Source of the DNA: Oscillospiraceae bacterium | Lineage (GTDB): Bacteria; Bacillota; Clostridia; Oscillospirales; Acutalibacteraceae | Reading direction: 5' to 3' | Length of the DNA stretch: 64,000 bases | Assembly (NCBI GenBank): GCA_015066295.1 | Contig: SVOR01000004.1 | Coordinates: 558 to 64,557 of the forward strand | Shown: positions 19,529-27,922 of the stretch, one piece after another | Layout: every line of letters begins with the position of its first letter | How positions within the stretch are numbered: the stretch's first letter is position 1 | Notes under the pieces: generated by a model | What the model saw: only the letters and a program-made list of their open reading frames with translations | Database searches by the model: none | What the model was told of the DNA's origin: nothing | Made by a program: the position numbers and the translations under genes

Positions 19529-19658
19529 TTTCTTTCCCCCAATAAGAGCGTTATCTTAAGTATTATATCATACCGAATTACTTTATTCAAGACCTTAATA
19601 ACATTTGACACAGGGTTTTGGCGGTAGTATAATTATAAAAAATACGCGAGGTGATTTT

Positions 19659-20537
19659 ATGCTCCTTTCAACACTAACGCTCCCTTTAAGCAAAAAATTC
19701 GGAGATGAAAAGGCCATTGAATTGATAGCCGCAGCCGGCTTTGATGCTTATGATATTTCTCTTACAAGACTTGTCGACGCCGACTACGCACTTAATTGTG
19801 AAAATTACGTATCGGTTGCTAAAAAATTACGTAAATTTGCTGATAATTTGGGTATTGTTTGTAATCAGTCGCACGCACCCTACCCATCAAGCAAGGGGGA
19901 TGAAAAGTGGGATGAAGAACGTTTTGAGCTTATAGTAAAGGCTATGGAAATTGCCGCTATTCTTGGTGCTAAAATTATTGTTGTTCACCCAAAACAACAT
20001 TTAAGATATTCGGACGCAAATAATAAATTTGAGCTATTTAAAATGAACGTCGATTTTTACAAACGCCTTGTGCCCTACTGTGAAAAATTCGGCATTAAGA
20101 TTGCCACCGAAAATATGTGGCAACGCGTGCCCGGCACCAATAAAATTGTCCACGCCCCCTGCTCGCACGCTGAGGAATTCAGCCGTTATATTGATGCCGT
20201 CGGCAGTGAGTGGATTGTCGGTTGCCTTGATATCGGTCATTTAGGACTCGTTGATGAGCCTATGTACGAGGCAATTACCACACTCGGTCACGAGCGTTTA
20301 CAGGCAATACACCTACACGATAACGATTATTTAAACGACCAGCACACCCTGCCCTTTATGTCAAAAACCAATTTTGACCCCTTTATTGAGGGATTAAAGG
20401 ATATTGACTACACGGGTGATATGACCTTTGAAACCGATAACTTTTTACGCAACGTGCCCGACGATTTTTTGCCCACCGCCCTTAAATTTATGGAGCAGAC
20501 GGGTAGATATTTCATTGAAAAAATTAAGGCAGAATAA
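19659..20537 (+). CDS. sugar phosphate isomerase/epimerase (xylose isomerase-like TIM barrel)
   Basis: ORF 19605-20537 (TTG); ATG 19659 follows GAGGTG RBS; VVHP, TENM, LDIGH, HLHDN pattern. Confidence 0.6.
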   Translation: MLLSTLTLPLSKKFGDEKAIELIAAAGFDAYDISLTRLVDADYALNCENYVSVAKKLRKFADNLGIVCNQSHAPYPSSKGDEKWDEERFELIVKAMEIAAILGAKIIVVHPKQHLRYSDANNKFELFKMNVDFYKRLVPYCEKFGIKIATENMWQRVPGTNKIVHAPCSHAEEFSRYIDAVGSEWIVGCLDIGHLGLVDEPMYEAITTLGHERLQAIHLHDNDYLNDQHTLPFMSKTNFDPFIEGLKDIDYTGDMTFETDNFLRNVPDDFLPTALKFMEQTGRYFIEKIKAE

Positions 20538-20574
20538 AAAAAGACCGCGGAAGAAAACTTCCGCGGTCTTAAAT
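20538..20574. terminator. bidirectional terminator
   Basis: 13-bp stem AAGACCGCGGAAG / CTTCCGCGGTCTT. Confidence 0.8.
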
Positions 20575-21183
20575 TTAGTCTTTCTTTTTTAGAGTTAAAA
20601 TAAATATGGCTATATATGGTAATGTAGCAATCAATGTTTCTACAAATACAGGTAAACCTATATCTGTTAAACCTAAAAAATCAAATGACATGCTTATTGC
20701 CTTAAAAACTATGCTATCTACAATTAGCGCAATAATCAATAAAGCCGCGTAGCTAATTGACCCATATTTTAAAAAGGTAATATATTTAAAATTTGAAAGT
20801 GTTCCTATAAACATAAAGACGGTAGCAACTAATATTAGAAATGAACATATAATGCCTAATATTACGCCTAATGTGAAGCGTGGATATAAAACACTATCAT
20901 AACAATAAATACCTGCACCAATGATTTTCACTGCAAATGCAACCGGAAGAATATAACCTTTAAATTTAAATTCCTTCTTTAAAAAAAGCATATATAACAA
21001 AATTAAAATAGGGGTTATCGCAGGCACAAAATACCTAAAAGCTAAATTAAGATTGCTTGGCTGAGCATCAAACCATATAATTTCTGGAACCAAAGCCATA
21101 TTTAAAATATGCAATATTGTATAAAGTGCCGTAAAAGAAATCAATATAATATTTTTTGGTTTGCTTTTAAATAAACTACTCAT
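20575..21183 (-). CDS. hypothetical multi-pass membrane protein
   Basis: 202 aa with about six hydrophobic segments; no family recognised. Confidence 0.4.
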   Translation of the reverse strand: MSSLFKSKPKNIILISFTALYTILHILNMALVPEIIWFDAQPSNLNLAFRYFVPAITPILILLYMLFLKKEFKFKGYILPVAFAVKIIGAGIYCYDSVLYPRFTLGVILGIICSFLILVATVFMFIGTLSNFKYITFLKYGSISYAALLIIALIVDSIVFKAISMSFDFLGLTDIGLPVFVETLIATLPYIAIFILTLKKKD

Positions 21184-21198
21184 AAAATCAACTCTCTT

Positions 21199-21234
21199 AA
21201 AACAAAAGATGTGCTACCAAAATGATAGCACATC
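21199..21234 (-). terminator. intrinsic terminator downstream of the orphan rubrerythrin 3' fragment (presumed original rbr terminator)
   Basis: Stem GATGTGCTA / TAGCACATC (21208-21234) followed on the minus strand by CTTTTGTTTT. Confidence 0.7.
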
Positions 21235-21257
21235 CGAAAAGTTTTTTCAACAATATA

Positions 21258-21317
21258 TTAACCAAAGTATCTTGCGAGAAGTCCCTCAAATGCCTTGCCG
21301 TGGCGAGCCTCGTCACG
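21258..21317 (-). pseudogene. orphan 3' end (last 19 codons plus stop) of a rubrerythrin gene, displaced by element insertion
   Basis: Minus-strand translation is [19 protein letters not shown]; homologous to 27923-27982 ([19 protein letters not shown]), the end of the intact gene. Confidence 0.8.
21276..21296. repeat. attL core (GAGAAGTCCCTCAAATGCCTT)
   Basis: Identical to 27941-27961; homology continues to 21317 with 3 synonymous mismatches. Confidence 0.8.
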
Positions 21318-21370
21318 AAACTATGTCAAAACCGCTTTAAATAAGGGAATTTCAGATATTAAATTTTAAA

Positions 21371-21390
21371 AATACCACTTGAAATCCCAC
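21371..21390 (+). promoter_or_regulatory. pair of putative integrase arm-type sites (AATACCAC, AATCCCAC)
   Basis: Same octamer family and AAATTTTAAA context as four copies at 27766-27838; located between attL core and int. Confidence 0.45.
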
Positions 21391-21430
21391 CATCCTTGAG
21401 CTATAATTGAGGCAGAAAAGGGGGATTTTT

Positions 21431-22738
21431 ATGGCAAAATATACAGGTGTTACCCAAAATACAGACGGTTCGTGGACATACAGAATTAAAATCAAACTGC
21501 CTGACGGTAGCGTAAAAGATACTCGCATTAAAAAGGACAGTCGGGGCAATCCGTTTTTAACTGCAAGACAGGCTTTTGAGACAAAGAAAGAACACGAGGC
21601 AAGAATAAGAGCCAATCCTGAGGATAATGCACCTAAGCAAAAAATTGTTACTCTGCAAGACGTTTACGACAATTATCTTGATACAGAAGCCAAAAAGAAA
21701 GCACCTGCCACCTTACGAAAGCAAGACAGTATGTGGCAAAATCATATCTCGCCTGTATTTGCTAATCGTGATATTAACTCTATTACTATTATAGAGCTTG
21801 ATACCTTTCTTGTCAATCTTTACAAATCCAAATCATATAAGTACACCGAAGGATTTTTAAAATTCTTTTATCTTTTGTTTGGACACGCCGATCGAATGGA
21901 AGTTATCGATCCTGACCGATATTTAAGAATGTTTGCCACCAAAGGAAAACGCTTGACAATGCCCGAAATGACACAAGAGGATTATACAAAGGCTGACGAA
22001 GATGCCGTTACATTTAACAATAGTGAATTAAAAATTATCAAAAAGGCATTTGAAAGCGAGGACGGAAACTTAAAACTTGCTTTTTATCTTGGTCTTTATG
22101 CAGGACTTAGAATTAGCGAGTGCTTCGGTCTGCGGTGGCAGGACATTGATTGGAATAATAGAACAATGAAAATCAGCCGACAAATGCAGTATGAAAACGG
22201 ACAAATTAAGCTTTGCCCTGTCAAAACGCTTAAAAGTGTTCGTACAGTTCTAATTCCTGAAGAATTGTATGCCGAACTTGATTTTCAAAATTCTTTGCAA
22301 ACACAACAAAAAAAGGTGTTAGGCAACGCCTACCGAAATACCGAGCGTGTTTATGACGAGGTTGCTGACTGTTGGATTGACGGTGGTGATTTCGTCAATC
22401 GCAAAAAAAACGGCGAATTGCTGACGGTAAATTCAATGAAATATTGGTCTAAGAAAATCACGCCTTTGCTTCACGCTGAAGCCGAAAGACAAGCGAGAGC
22501 TAAAAAAGGCATTCACTTAGACGAAATCGTGCCTGTCAAGTATAAGGATTTCAAATACCATTATTTACGCCACACCTACGCAAGTAATTGCGCGGCTCAA
22601 AATGTCAGTATGTATATGCTTATGGATATGATGGGTCATAAGAAAATTGACACAACCAAAAAATACTATATAAGCACCGATAATGACAGTTTGACCGAAC
22701 GTACCCGAAAATTGCTTGATGAAATGTATACATTTTAG
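21431..22738 (+). CDS. int: tyrosine-type site-specific recombinase/integrase with N-terminal AP2-like arm-binding domain
   Basis: ORF 21407-22738; GLRISECFGLRW (Arg), YLRHTYAS (HxxR), MMGH, TTKKYY (catalytic Tyr); N-terminal GVTQNTDGSWTYRIKI; ATG 21431 follows GGGGGA RBS. Confidence 0.9.
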   Translation: MAKYTGVTQNTDGSWTYRIKIKLPDGSVKDTRIKKDSRGNPFLTARQAFETKKEHEARIRANPEDNAPKQKIVTLQDVYDNYLDTEAKKKAPATLRKQDSMWQNHISPVFANRDINSITIIELDTFLVNLYKSKSYKYTEGFLKFFYLLFGHADRMEVIDPDRYLRMFATKGKRLTMPEMTQEDYTKADEDAVTFNNSELKIIKKAFESEDGNLKLAFYLGLYAGLRISECFGLRWQDIDWNNRTMKISRQMQYENGQIKLCPVKTLKSVRTVLIPEELYAELDFQNSLQTQQKKVLGNAYRNTERVYDEVADCWIDGGDFVNRKKNGELLTVNSMKYWSKKITPLLHAEAERQARAKKGIHLDEIVPVKYKDFKYHYLRHTYASNCAAQNVSMYMLMDMMGHKKIDTTKKYYISTDNDSLTERTRKLLDEMYTF

Positions 22739-22744
22739 AAATAG

Positions 22745-22776
22745 GAAATACCCTGCTTTTGTAGGGTATTTTTTAT
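22745..22776 (+). terminator. hairpin after int
   Basis: Stem AAATACCCT / AGGGTATTT followed by TTTTAT. Confidence 0.6.
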
Positions 22777-22809
22777 TTGCAAATTTCGGGTATGGGGAAG
22801 CTCTCGGCA

Positions 22810-22870
22810 GGGGCAATGCCCCGATAGAGCACAGACATTTGCGTGTCGAAAATGGTACTGTGTACCATTT
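22810..22870 (+). promoter_or_regulatory. candidate oriT (two inverted repeats directly upstream of the relaxase gene)
   Basis: GGGGC-AAT-GCCCC (22810-22822) and AAATGGTAC-TGT-GTACCATTT (22850-22870); the loop/stem contains GTGT, as at MobV-type nick regions. Confidence 0.4.
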
Positions 22871-22919
22871 ATCGACTCCGTTTTACGTCTTCTACTTTAG
22901 GGTTAAAGGCGGTGATAAA

Positions 22920-24206
22920 ATGTCAAAAATGAAAGCAACAATCAGAAACGGCAGGACAACAAACGCAGGGCGCGTCTTTAACGCTAACCACAACACGCGC
23001 CAAGAAACAAGGGCGGTCGAGGGGCATATCGACCACGACCGAACAGCGCAAAACTTGAATTTCAAGTTTTTAGCAGACGGCAGTATCGAAAAATGCGACA
23101 GCTTCGACTCAAAGGCTTTTGAAATTTCGCAGTATGAAATTTATTACGGCGAAGGTCAGGAAGCCAAAAATCAACGCTACAAAGCAGAGGCACACGCAGA
23201 CCGCTGTAAAACGGTTGCAGAGGTGTATGCTACCCCAAAGACTGCACCACTTGAAACTATTTTACAGCTCGGCAATATGCACACCGATATTGCACCCGAG
23301 GAACGTGAACGGATTTTGACCGTATCGGCTTTTCAGCTTATAGATGGATTGAGGGCAAAATATGGGGACAACCTGAAAATATTGTCCCTCTCTATTCATA
23401 AGGATGAAGCCGTAATCCACGGGCATTGCCGTTACACAATAATGGGGCGCGACCGTTTCGGGTACTCTGTCCCAAATCAAAATCAAGGCTTTCAAGAAAT
23501 GGGAATTGAACGCCCAAACCCTGACAAGCCATTGAGCCGATACAACAACCCCTTAATGACTTTTTCGGACGAACTGCGCGAAACATTTTATGCCCTCTGC
23601 GAGAGAAACGGAAATATCGAGATTGATCGTGAGGTCAAAAACCCAAGCCAAAAGCACAGGGACATTCTTGTTTACAAGTGCGAACAACTGCAAAAGAACG
23701 TTGCCGAGCTGACGGCAGAGCGCAACACCCTGCGAGACCAAAACGGCATATCAAAAGTTATTCAGGACAGTTTTAACGAGGTTGAAATCGACATCGAAGC
23801 CGAAGCAGTACCCGAGCGCACCCACAGGGGTCAGGTGGTCGAAGCCGAAAAGGTCAAAATCAAGAAAACCGATTTTGATTGGCTGAAGGAACGCGCAAAA
23901 CTCACAATCGGCATAAAAACGGCTTTTGATAAACTGCAGCGCTACGGCAAACAGCTTTGGCAAGAGGTCAGCAGGGACAAAATTGTGTCCGACCTGACAG
24001 AAAGAGCTGAAACGGCAGAACGCAAAGCAAGAGAGAAAGAAGCGGTTGCCAAACAGCTTACCGACAACCTTGACCGCGCCTATCAAGACCTACACGAACA
24101 AGAGGAATTTATGCGACGTATTGGGGTATGGCAGAGATTTTGCAACTTTATAAAAGAAAAATTTAGGGAACGTCAGGAAGCTGAACACTCCGACCGCACC
24201 CGATAA
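22920..24206 (+). CDS. mob: MobV-family (Pre/Mob) relaxase
   Basis: ORF 22716-24206; start moved to ATG 22920 (MSKMKATIRNGR); NANHNTRQ (HxxR-like) and IHKDEAVIHGH (HxDE..xHxH) motifs; coiled-coil C-terminus. Confidence 0.75.
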   Translation: MSKMKATIRNGRTTNAGRVFNANHNTRQETRAVEGHIDHDRTAQNLNFKFLADGSIEKCDSFDSKAFEISQYEIYYGEGQEAKNQRYKAEAHADRCKTVAEVYATPKTAPLETILQLGNMHTDIAPEERERILTVSAFQLIDGLRAKYGDNLKILSLSIHKDEAVIHGHCRYTIMGRDRFGYSVPNQNQGFQEMGIERPNPDKPLSRYNNPLMTFSDELRETFYALCERNGNIEIDREVKNPSQKHRDILVYKCEQLQKNVAELTAERNTLRDQNGISKVIQDSFNEVEIDIEAEAVPERTHRGQVVEAEKVKIKKTDFDWLKERAKLTIGIKTAFDKLQRYGKQLWQEVSRDKIVSDLTERAETAERKAREKEAVAKQLTDNLDRAYQDLHEQEEFMRRIGVWQRFCNFIKEKFRERQEAEHSDRTR

Positions 24207-24222
24207 AAAGAGAGGTATGATT

Positions 24223-24723
24223 ATGGAAAATTTAGACTTAAATCAGGTCATAGACCTAAATGAAAGCATTGAAAGTATGAAAGCAAGGCTTGAAACTGTA
24301 AAAGCAGAGTTAAGCATAGAGGAAGCCATGCGCGAGGCTTTTTCGAAAGACCTCACGCCGAAAATCTTGCGCCGTAAAGTGCGCTATAAAAGGGTAAACG
24401 GCGTTAAAGAGCCGTTTGCAGAGGTAACGATTGACGAAAATGTGCTTAATGACTTGGTTGAAGCTGTTAGCTGTCCTGCAAGGATAAAGCAGAATTATGA
24501 GAAATTGCAAACTCTCGGCGCACAGCTAAAGCGCGAAACCTCGCAAACTGCAATTTACAAACGCTGTATCGAGGCAGAGGCAGAAATTAAACGCCTGAAA
24601 ACTGAAAATATGCTTTTACAGGCGAAAGTTACGGAACGCGACCGAGAAATTGCAGAAATCTATACACAGGGCGCAGAGCCTTATATTGACTATGAGGAAC
24701 AAACCTTTGATTTAGAAATCTAA
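24223..24723 (+). CDS. hypothetical coiled-coil protein of the element
   Basis: ORF 24217-24723; ATG 24223 is better spaced from the AGAGAGG RBS; no family recognised. Confidence 0.4.
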   Translation: MENLDLNQVIDLNESIESMKARLETVKAELSIEEAMREAFSKDLTPKILRRKVRYKRVNGVKEPFAEVTIDENVLNDLVEAVSCPARIKQNYEKLQTLGAQLKRETSQTAIYKRCIEAEAEIKRLKTENMLLQAKVTERDREIAEIYTQGAEPYIDYEEQTFDLEI

Positions 24724-25515
24724 CCAATCAGGACTTGCCGAGAACGGCAGGTCTTTTTTTGTCGGCAAACGCCGTAAAAGTGCCGTCAGGTATAGACCGC
24801 CGTATGTGTCCTCGCAGTAATCAAGGCTATTTTCGACCGTTTCAAAGCCGTTAAAATGGGTTTCAAGGTATATTGCGCTGTCGGTGTCCCTTTCGCAGAA
24901 ATCAATCATTTTCTTATGCGAGATACGACCGTCGCGCTCAGTGATCGTCGGCTGTTCAAGGGTTCGGCTACCACACCACCGCTTAAAAGTCAGGCGGTCG
25001 TCCTCGTCGTCCTTGCCTTTTGTTAGGTACACAGCAAGAGCAGTCAAGCCGTCAGCTTCAAAGCGCAGACGATCGGCTGAAACAGTCCCCTGTCCCCAAA
25101 GAGCCGAAAGCTCGTCCCTGCTCAAGCCGTCGCTGATTACAAGGTGGGCGTGTAGGCGTTGGTGTTCCTCGCCATACTCAATGATATATATGTATTTTGG
25201 CTCAAGCCCTGCTTTTGCATATTTTCGCTTTACTCGGCGCAAGTAGTTCTGCACCACCCTTTGACAGTCGGCAACCGTTTCGGGTAGGCTGTCCTCGTTA
25301 AAGGTGAGGGTTACAAAAAGGTCTTTTGGGTTAAAATTCGTATGCAGAAGCCTACGCAGACGGTCAGTGGCGTGTCTATGATTTAGTCGCTGTTGCACCT
25401 CTCTTGTCGGCTTCTTCTTTTGGCTTCTTCCTCTCGTTTGGGTGTAAACAGGATATATAGCCACCTCTATGTAGTCCCCACAAATGTATTTGCGCTCTCT
25501 GTATGTTCTTTGCAT
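24712..25515 (-). CDS. rep: HUH-endonuclease rolling-circle Rep-like protein
   Basis: Motif I FVTLTF, motif II RLHAHLVI (HUH), motif III LAVYLTKG (Yxx K); AAAGGAAA RBS. Confidence 0.6.
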   Translation of the reverse strand: MQRTYRERKYICGDYIEVAIYPVYTQTRGRSQKKKPTREVQQRLNHRHATDRLRRLLHTNFNPKDLFVTLTFNEDSLPETVADCQRVVQNYLRRVKRKYAKAGLEPKYIYIIEYGEEHQRLHAHLVISDGLSRDELSALWGQGTVSADRLRFEADGLTALAVYLTKGKDDEDDRLTFKRWCGSRTLEQPTITERDGRISHKKMIDFCERDTDSAIYLETHFNGFETVENSLDYCEDTYGGLYLTALLRRLPTKKDLPFSASPDWLDF

Positions 25516-25572
25516 TTTCAGTTTCCTTTCTATGTGTGGTCGTTATGTTAATACCTTTTACAAGCTCGGTAA

Positions 25573-25589
25573 ACAGAACGGTGTTCTGT
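25573..25589. promoter_or_regulatory. perfect hairpin ACAGAAC-GGT-GTTCTGT upstream of rep (candidate double-strand origin/nick hairpin)
   Basis: 7-bp stem with 3-nt loop, 58 bp upstream of the rep start in a 213-bp non-coding gap. Confidence 0.3.
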
Positions 25590-25728
25590 AGGCAAAAGGC
25601 ATATATCAGTATAGAATTTGAAAATATTATATGTTTATTTGAAATCTCGAGCAGGGCAAAAAACTATCAATTTTGAAAAAATGCAAAAAAAATACGCCCA
25701 CACTTTCGTGCAGGCGTAAAACCTCTTT

Positions 25729-26940
25729 TTATCCAATTATATTATCGTGGTATTGCGTTACTTCTTCTGTTGTTCCGTCCATATACTCTACAACAATTTT
25801 ATTCATTTTATAGGTGCTTACAGTATTATTGTAGAATTTTGTCATATTTCGTTTTGTGTCTGTTGTTGCGTGTGCATTCAAAGGTCCTGTGAATTTTACG
25901 CTAACATAGGGATCCCAACCTATGCTATCATAAACTTGGTCGCCGACAGCATTATAACAACTCCACTTTAATGTAACATATTTAATTTGTTTGTCGGTAT
26001 TATTTCTTATTCTGAAATTCCACTCAACGCCACCTACATAGTCAATGTTATGACACCAATCTAAAATAGTTACAGGCGATTGTTTTCTGAATTCCTTGTC
26101 GCAACGGGAACATATACCGCAGTCGGTCGTATGACCTAAAGGCTCACCTTTAACTTCGCCACAACTACAAGTTTCAGGTTTATCACAAGTGGATTTGCTA
26201 TATTTGTGCTTGTGCTTTTCAACCTTGCTTTCTGTTGTGGTATTTTCATTGCTATTCTTATCTGTTGTAGAATTTTCTTTTTCAACCTGCTTTTTATCTG
26301 TTGTTGTTTCACCACAAACAGAACATTTTTTCACAGTCTTTTCTGCGGTATCTTCAACAATTTCAAAAGTATGCTCCAACTTATCTATATACTCTGTGTT
26401 GTCAGTATCGCACAAATCACAATGTGATTTAATATGTCCTTGTTCCGTGCAAGTGGGTTTAACATTTTCTTTCTCAACCCATTTATGTTCACAAAAGTTT
26501 GCAGGATTTAAAATAGAAAAAATTATGGCAATCGCGATATATACACAAAATAAACCAAGAGCACTCATACCTGCGTTATACTTATTAAATAAAGGGATTT
26601 TCTTTCTAAATTTAAAGTTAGATAAAAATATGTATGGTACTAACATACTTATTATCATACTAAGAGTTGTAACAAAATCACTCATTGAGGCTATAGACGT
26701 AACACTCCCCAATATAGCTAATCCTGTGAAAACTAAATAAATTATAGATAAAACTTTTTTCCAAGCTTTATTAGAACGAAATCCTAACAGTTTTTTTGGT
26801 TGAATATTTTTCGTTCCACAATTAGTGCAAAAATCCCCTATGTACTCTGCGCCGCATTTTTTACACTTTGTTGTTGCTTTTTCTCCACATTTGGAGCAAA
26901 AATTACCCTCAAATTCCGTACCGCATTTTTTACAAATCAT
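25729..26940 (-). CDS. double zinc-ribbon membrane protein with Cys-rich extracytoplasmic region (element cargo)
   Basis: CKKCG..CSKCG and CKKCG..CTNCG at the N-terminus; 3 hydrophobic segments; PTCTEQG../CSVCG/CGICSRC motifs; beta-rich C-terminal domain; AAGGGGAG RBS. Confidence 0.55.
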   Translation of the reverse strand: MICKKCGTEFEGNFCSKCGEKATTKCKKCGAEYIGDFCTNCGTKNIQPKKLLGFRSNKAWKKVLSIIYLVFTGLAILGSVTSIASMSDFVTTLSMIISMLVPYIFLSNFKFRKKIPLFNKYNAGMSALGLFCVYIAIAIIFSILNPANFCEHKWVEKENVKPTCTEQGHIKSHCDLCDTDNTEYIDKLEHTFEIVEDTAEKTVKKCSVCGETTTDKKQVEKENSTTDKNSNENTTTESKVEKHKHKYSKSTCDKPETCSCGEVKGEPLGHTTDCGICSRCDKEFRKQSPVTILDWCHNIDYVGGVEWNFRIRNNTDKQIKYVTLKWSCYNAVGDQVYDSIGWDPYVSVKFTGPLNAHATTDTKRNMTKFYNNTVSTYKMNKIVVEYMDGTTEEVTQYHDNIIG

Positions 26941-27006
26941 TTTTTACTCCCCTTATTTTTTTAATTATTTTATCATAAATTTATAATGATTACAAGGTGC
27001 AAGTAT

Positions 27007-27477
27007 TTATGTTGCTACATTTATTATTTTAAGTCCGTTTTTTTTGGCGTAGTTGACGGTGTAAAAAGTTCCGCCCTTTTCTTCGGTTAGGTAAGATATA
27101 CACACGCTACTGTGGTCTACTAAATGCCGATTACGTTTCTGCATACAACCGTTAAAGTAGTTTTCAGAGGTATATGTTACCTTGTCAGCAAGCCCCTTTA
27201 TATATTCATACATACGCACGTCGTCAGCGTTCCACCCTTTTGTCTGTGCTAAACACGGCAAAACAAGTATAAGTTTGATTTGTGGATATTGGCTTTTTAG
27301 GTCTAAAACTGCCTGTGCGCTTATGGTGTCAAAACCCAACGCACCGCCACAACCGAAATAACAATATCCGTCATTTATAAGTTGTATAAGTATTGTTTTT
27401 AATCGGTCGGCAATTATATTGCGTTCTGCGTGAGGTATTTTTCTATGCCCTGTAAAACAAACGGTTTTATTCCTCAT
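27007..27477 (-). CDS. SLOG-superfamily DUF1273 (YpsA-like) protein (element cargo)
   Basis: ORF 27007-27528; start moved to ATG 27477 (MRNKTVCFTGHRK); FTGHR, GGALGFD and LVLPC motifs typical of DUF1273. Confidence 0.6.
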   Translation of the reverse strand: MRNKTVCFTGHRKIPHAERNIIADRLKTILIQLINDGYCYFGCGGALGFDTISAQAVLDLKSQYPQIKLILVLPCLAQTKGWNADDVRMYEYIKGLADKVTYTSENYFNGCMQKRNRHLVDHSSVCISYLTEEKGGTFYTVNYAKKNGLKIINVAT

Positions 27478-27765
27478 AAATATCCCCAAAACAAAAAAAG
27501 GTGTATCCCCATTGAGAGAATACACCATAAAAAATATATTCCCCTAAATGTTGCTACACACTCACACTACCTTCAATCGCTTGGAGAATAGGGTAAAAAG
27601 AGGAAATATACTTTTTTACAAAAGTATTATTCCCCATTCAAAACGATGTGAAGGCACAATATTCTATTTAAATGTGAGTTTGTAGCATAAACAGTATACC
27701 ACAATATGCTACATTTAGCAATGCTTTTAAGATTTTTTTGAAAATTTGTTTATTTATATACTAAA

Positions 27766-27838
27766 AATCCCACTTGCAATCCCACAGGGTATATTTTTCG
27801 TAATTTATAGAAATTTTAAATCCCACCTAAAATCCCAC
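27766..27838 (+). promoter_or_regulatory. four direct AATCCCAC copies in two pairs (putative integrase arm-type sites, right arm)
   Basis: AATCCCAC at 27766-27773, 27778-27785, 27819-27826 and 27831-27838, all in the same orientation, 100-175 bp inside the attR core. Confidence 0.5.
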
Positions 27839-27842
27839 AATT

Positions 27843-27878
27843 ATATAAAAACAGGCACGGAACAAAATCCGTGCCTGT
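27843..27878 (-). terminator. intrinsic terminator now serving the rubrerythrin gene (element-borne)
   Basis: 11-bp stem ACAGGCACGGA / TCCGTGCCTGT followed on the minus strand by TTTTTATA. Confidence 0.75.
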
Positions 27879-27922
27879 TGGCGTAAAATACTTATAAATC
27901 CTTTATTTATGCGGTTTTTCGC

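Noticed and set aside
19529-19658. Possible T-box leader upstream of serS (also considered for gltX at 13015-13135)
   Set aside because: Only about 130 nt and 120 nt are available, and part of each is promoter or terminator of neighbours. No specifier-loop/T-box sequence (AANNNGGTGGNACCGCG-like) was seen.
25547-25690. 46-codon plus-strand ORF in the rep-cargo intergenic region as a possible excisionase
   Set aside because: It has no RBS and no HTH-like or basic pattern, and it spans the candidate origin hairpin. It is more likely non-coding.
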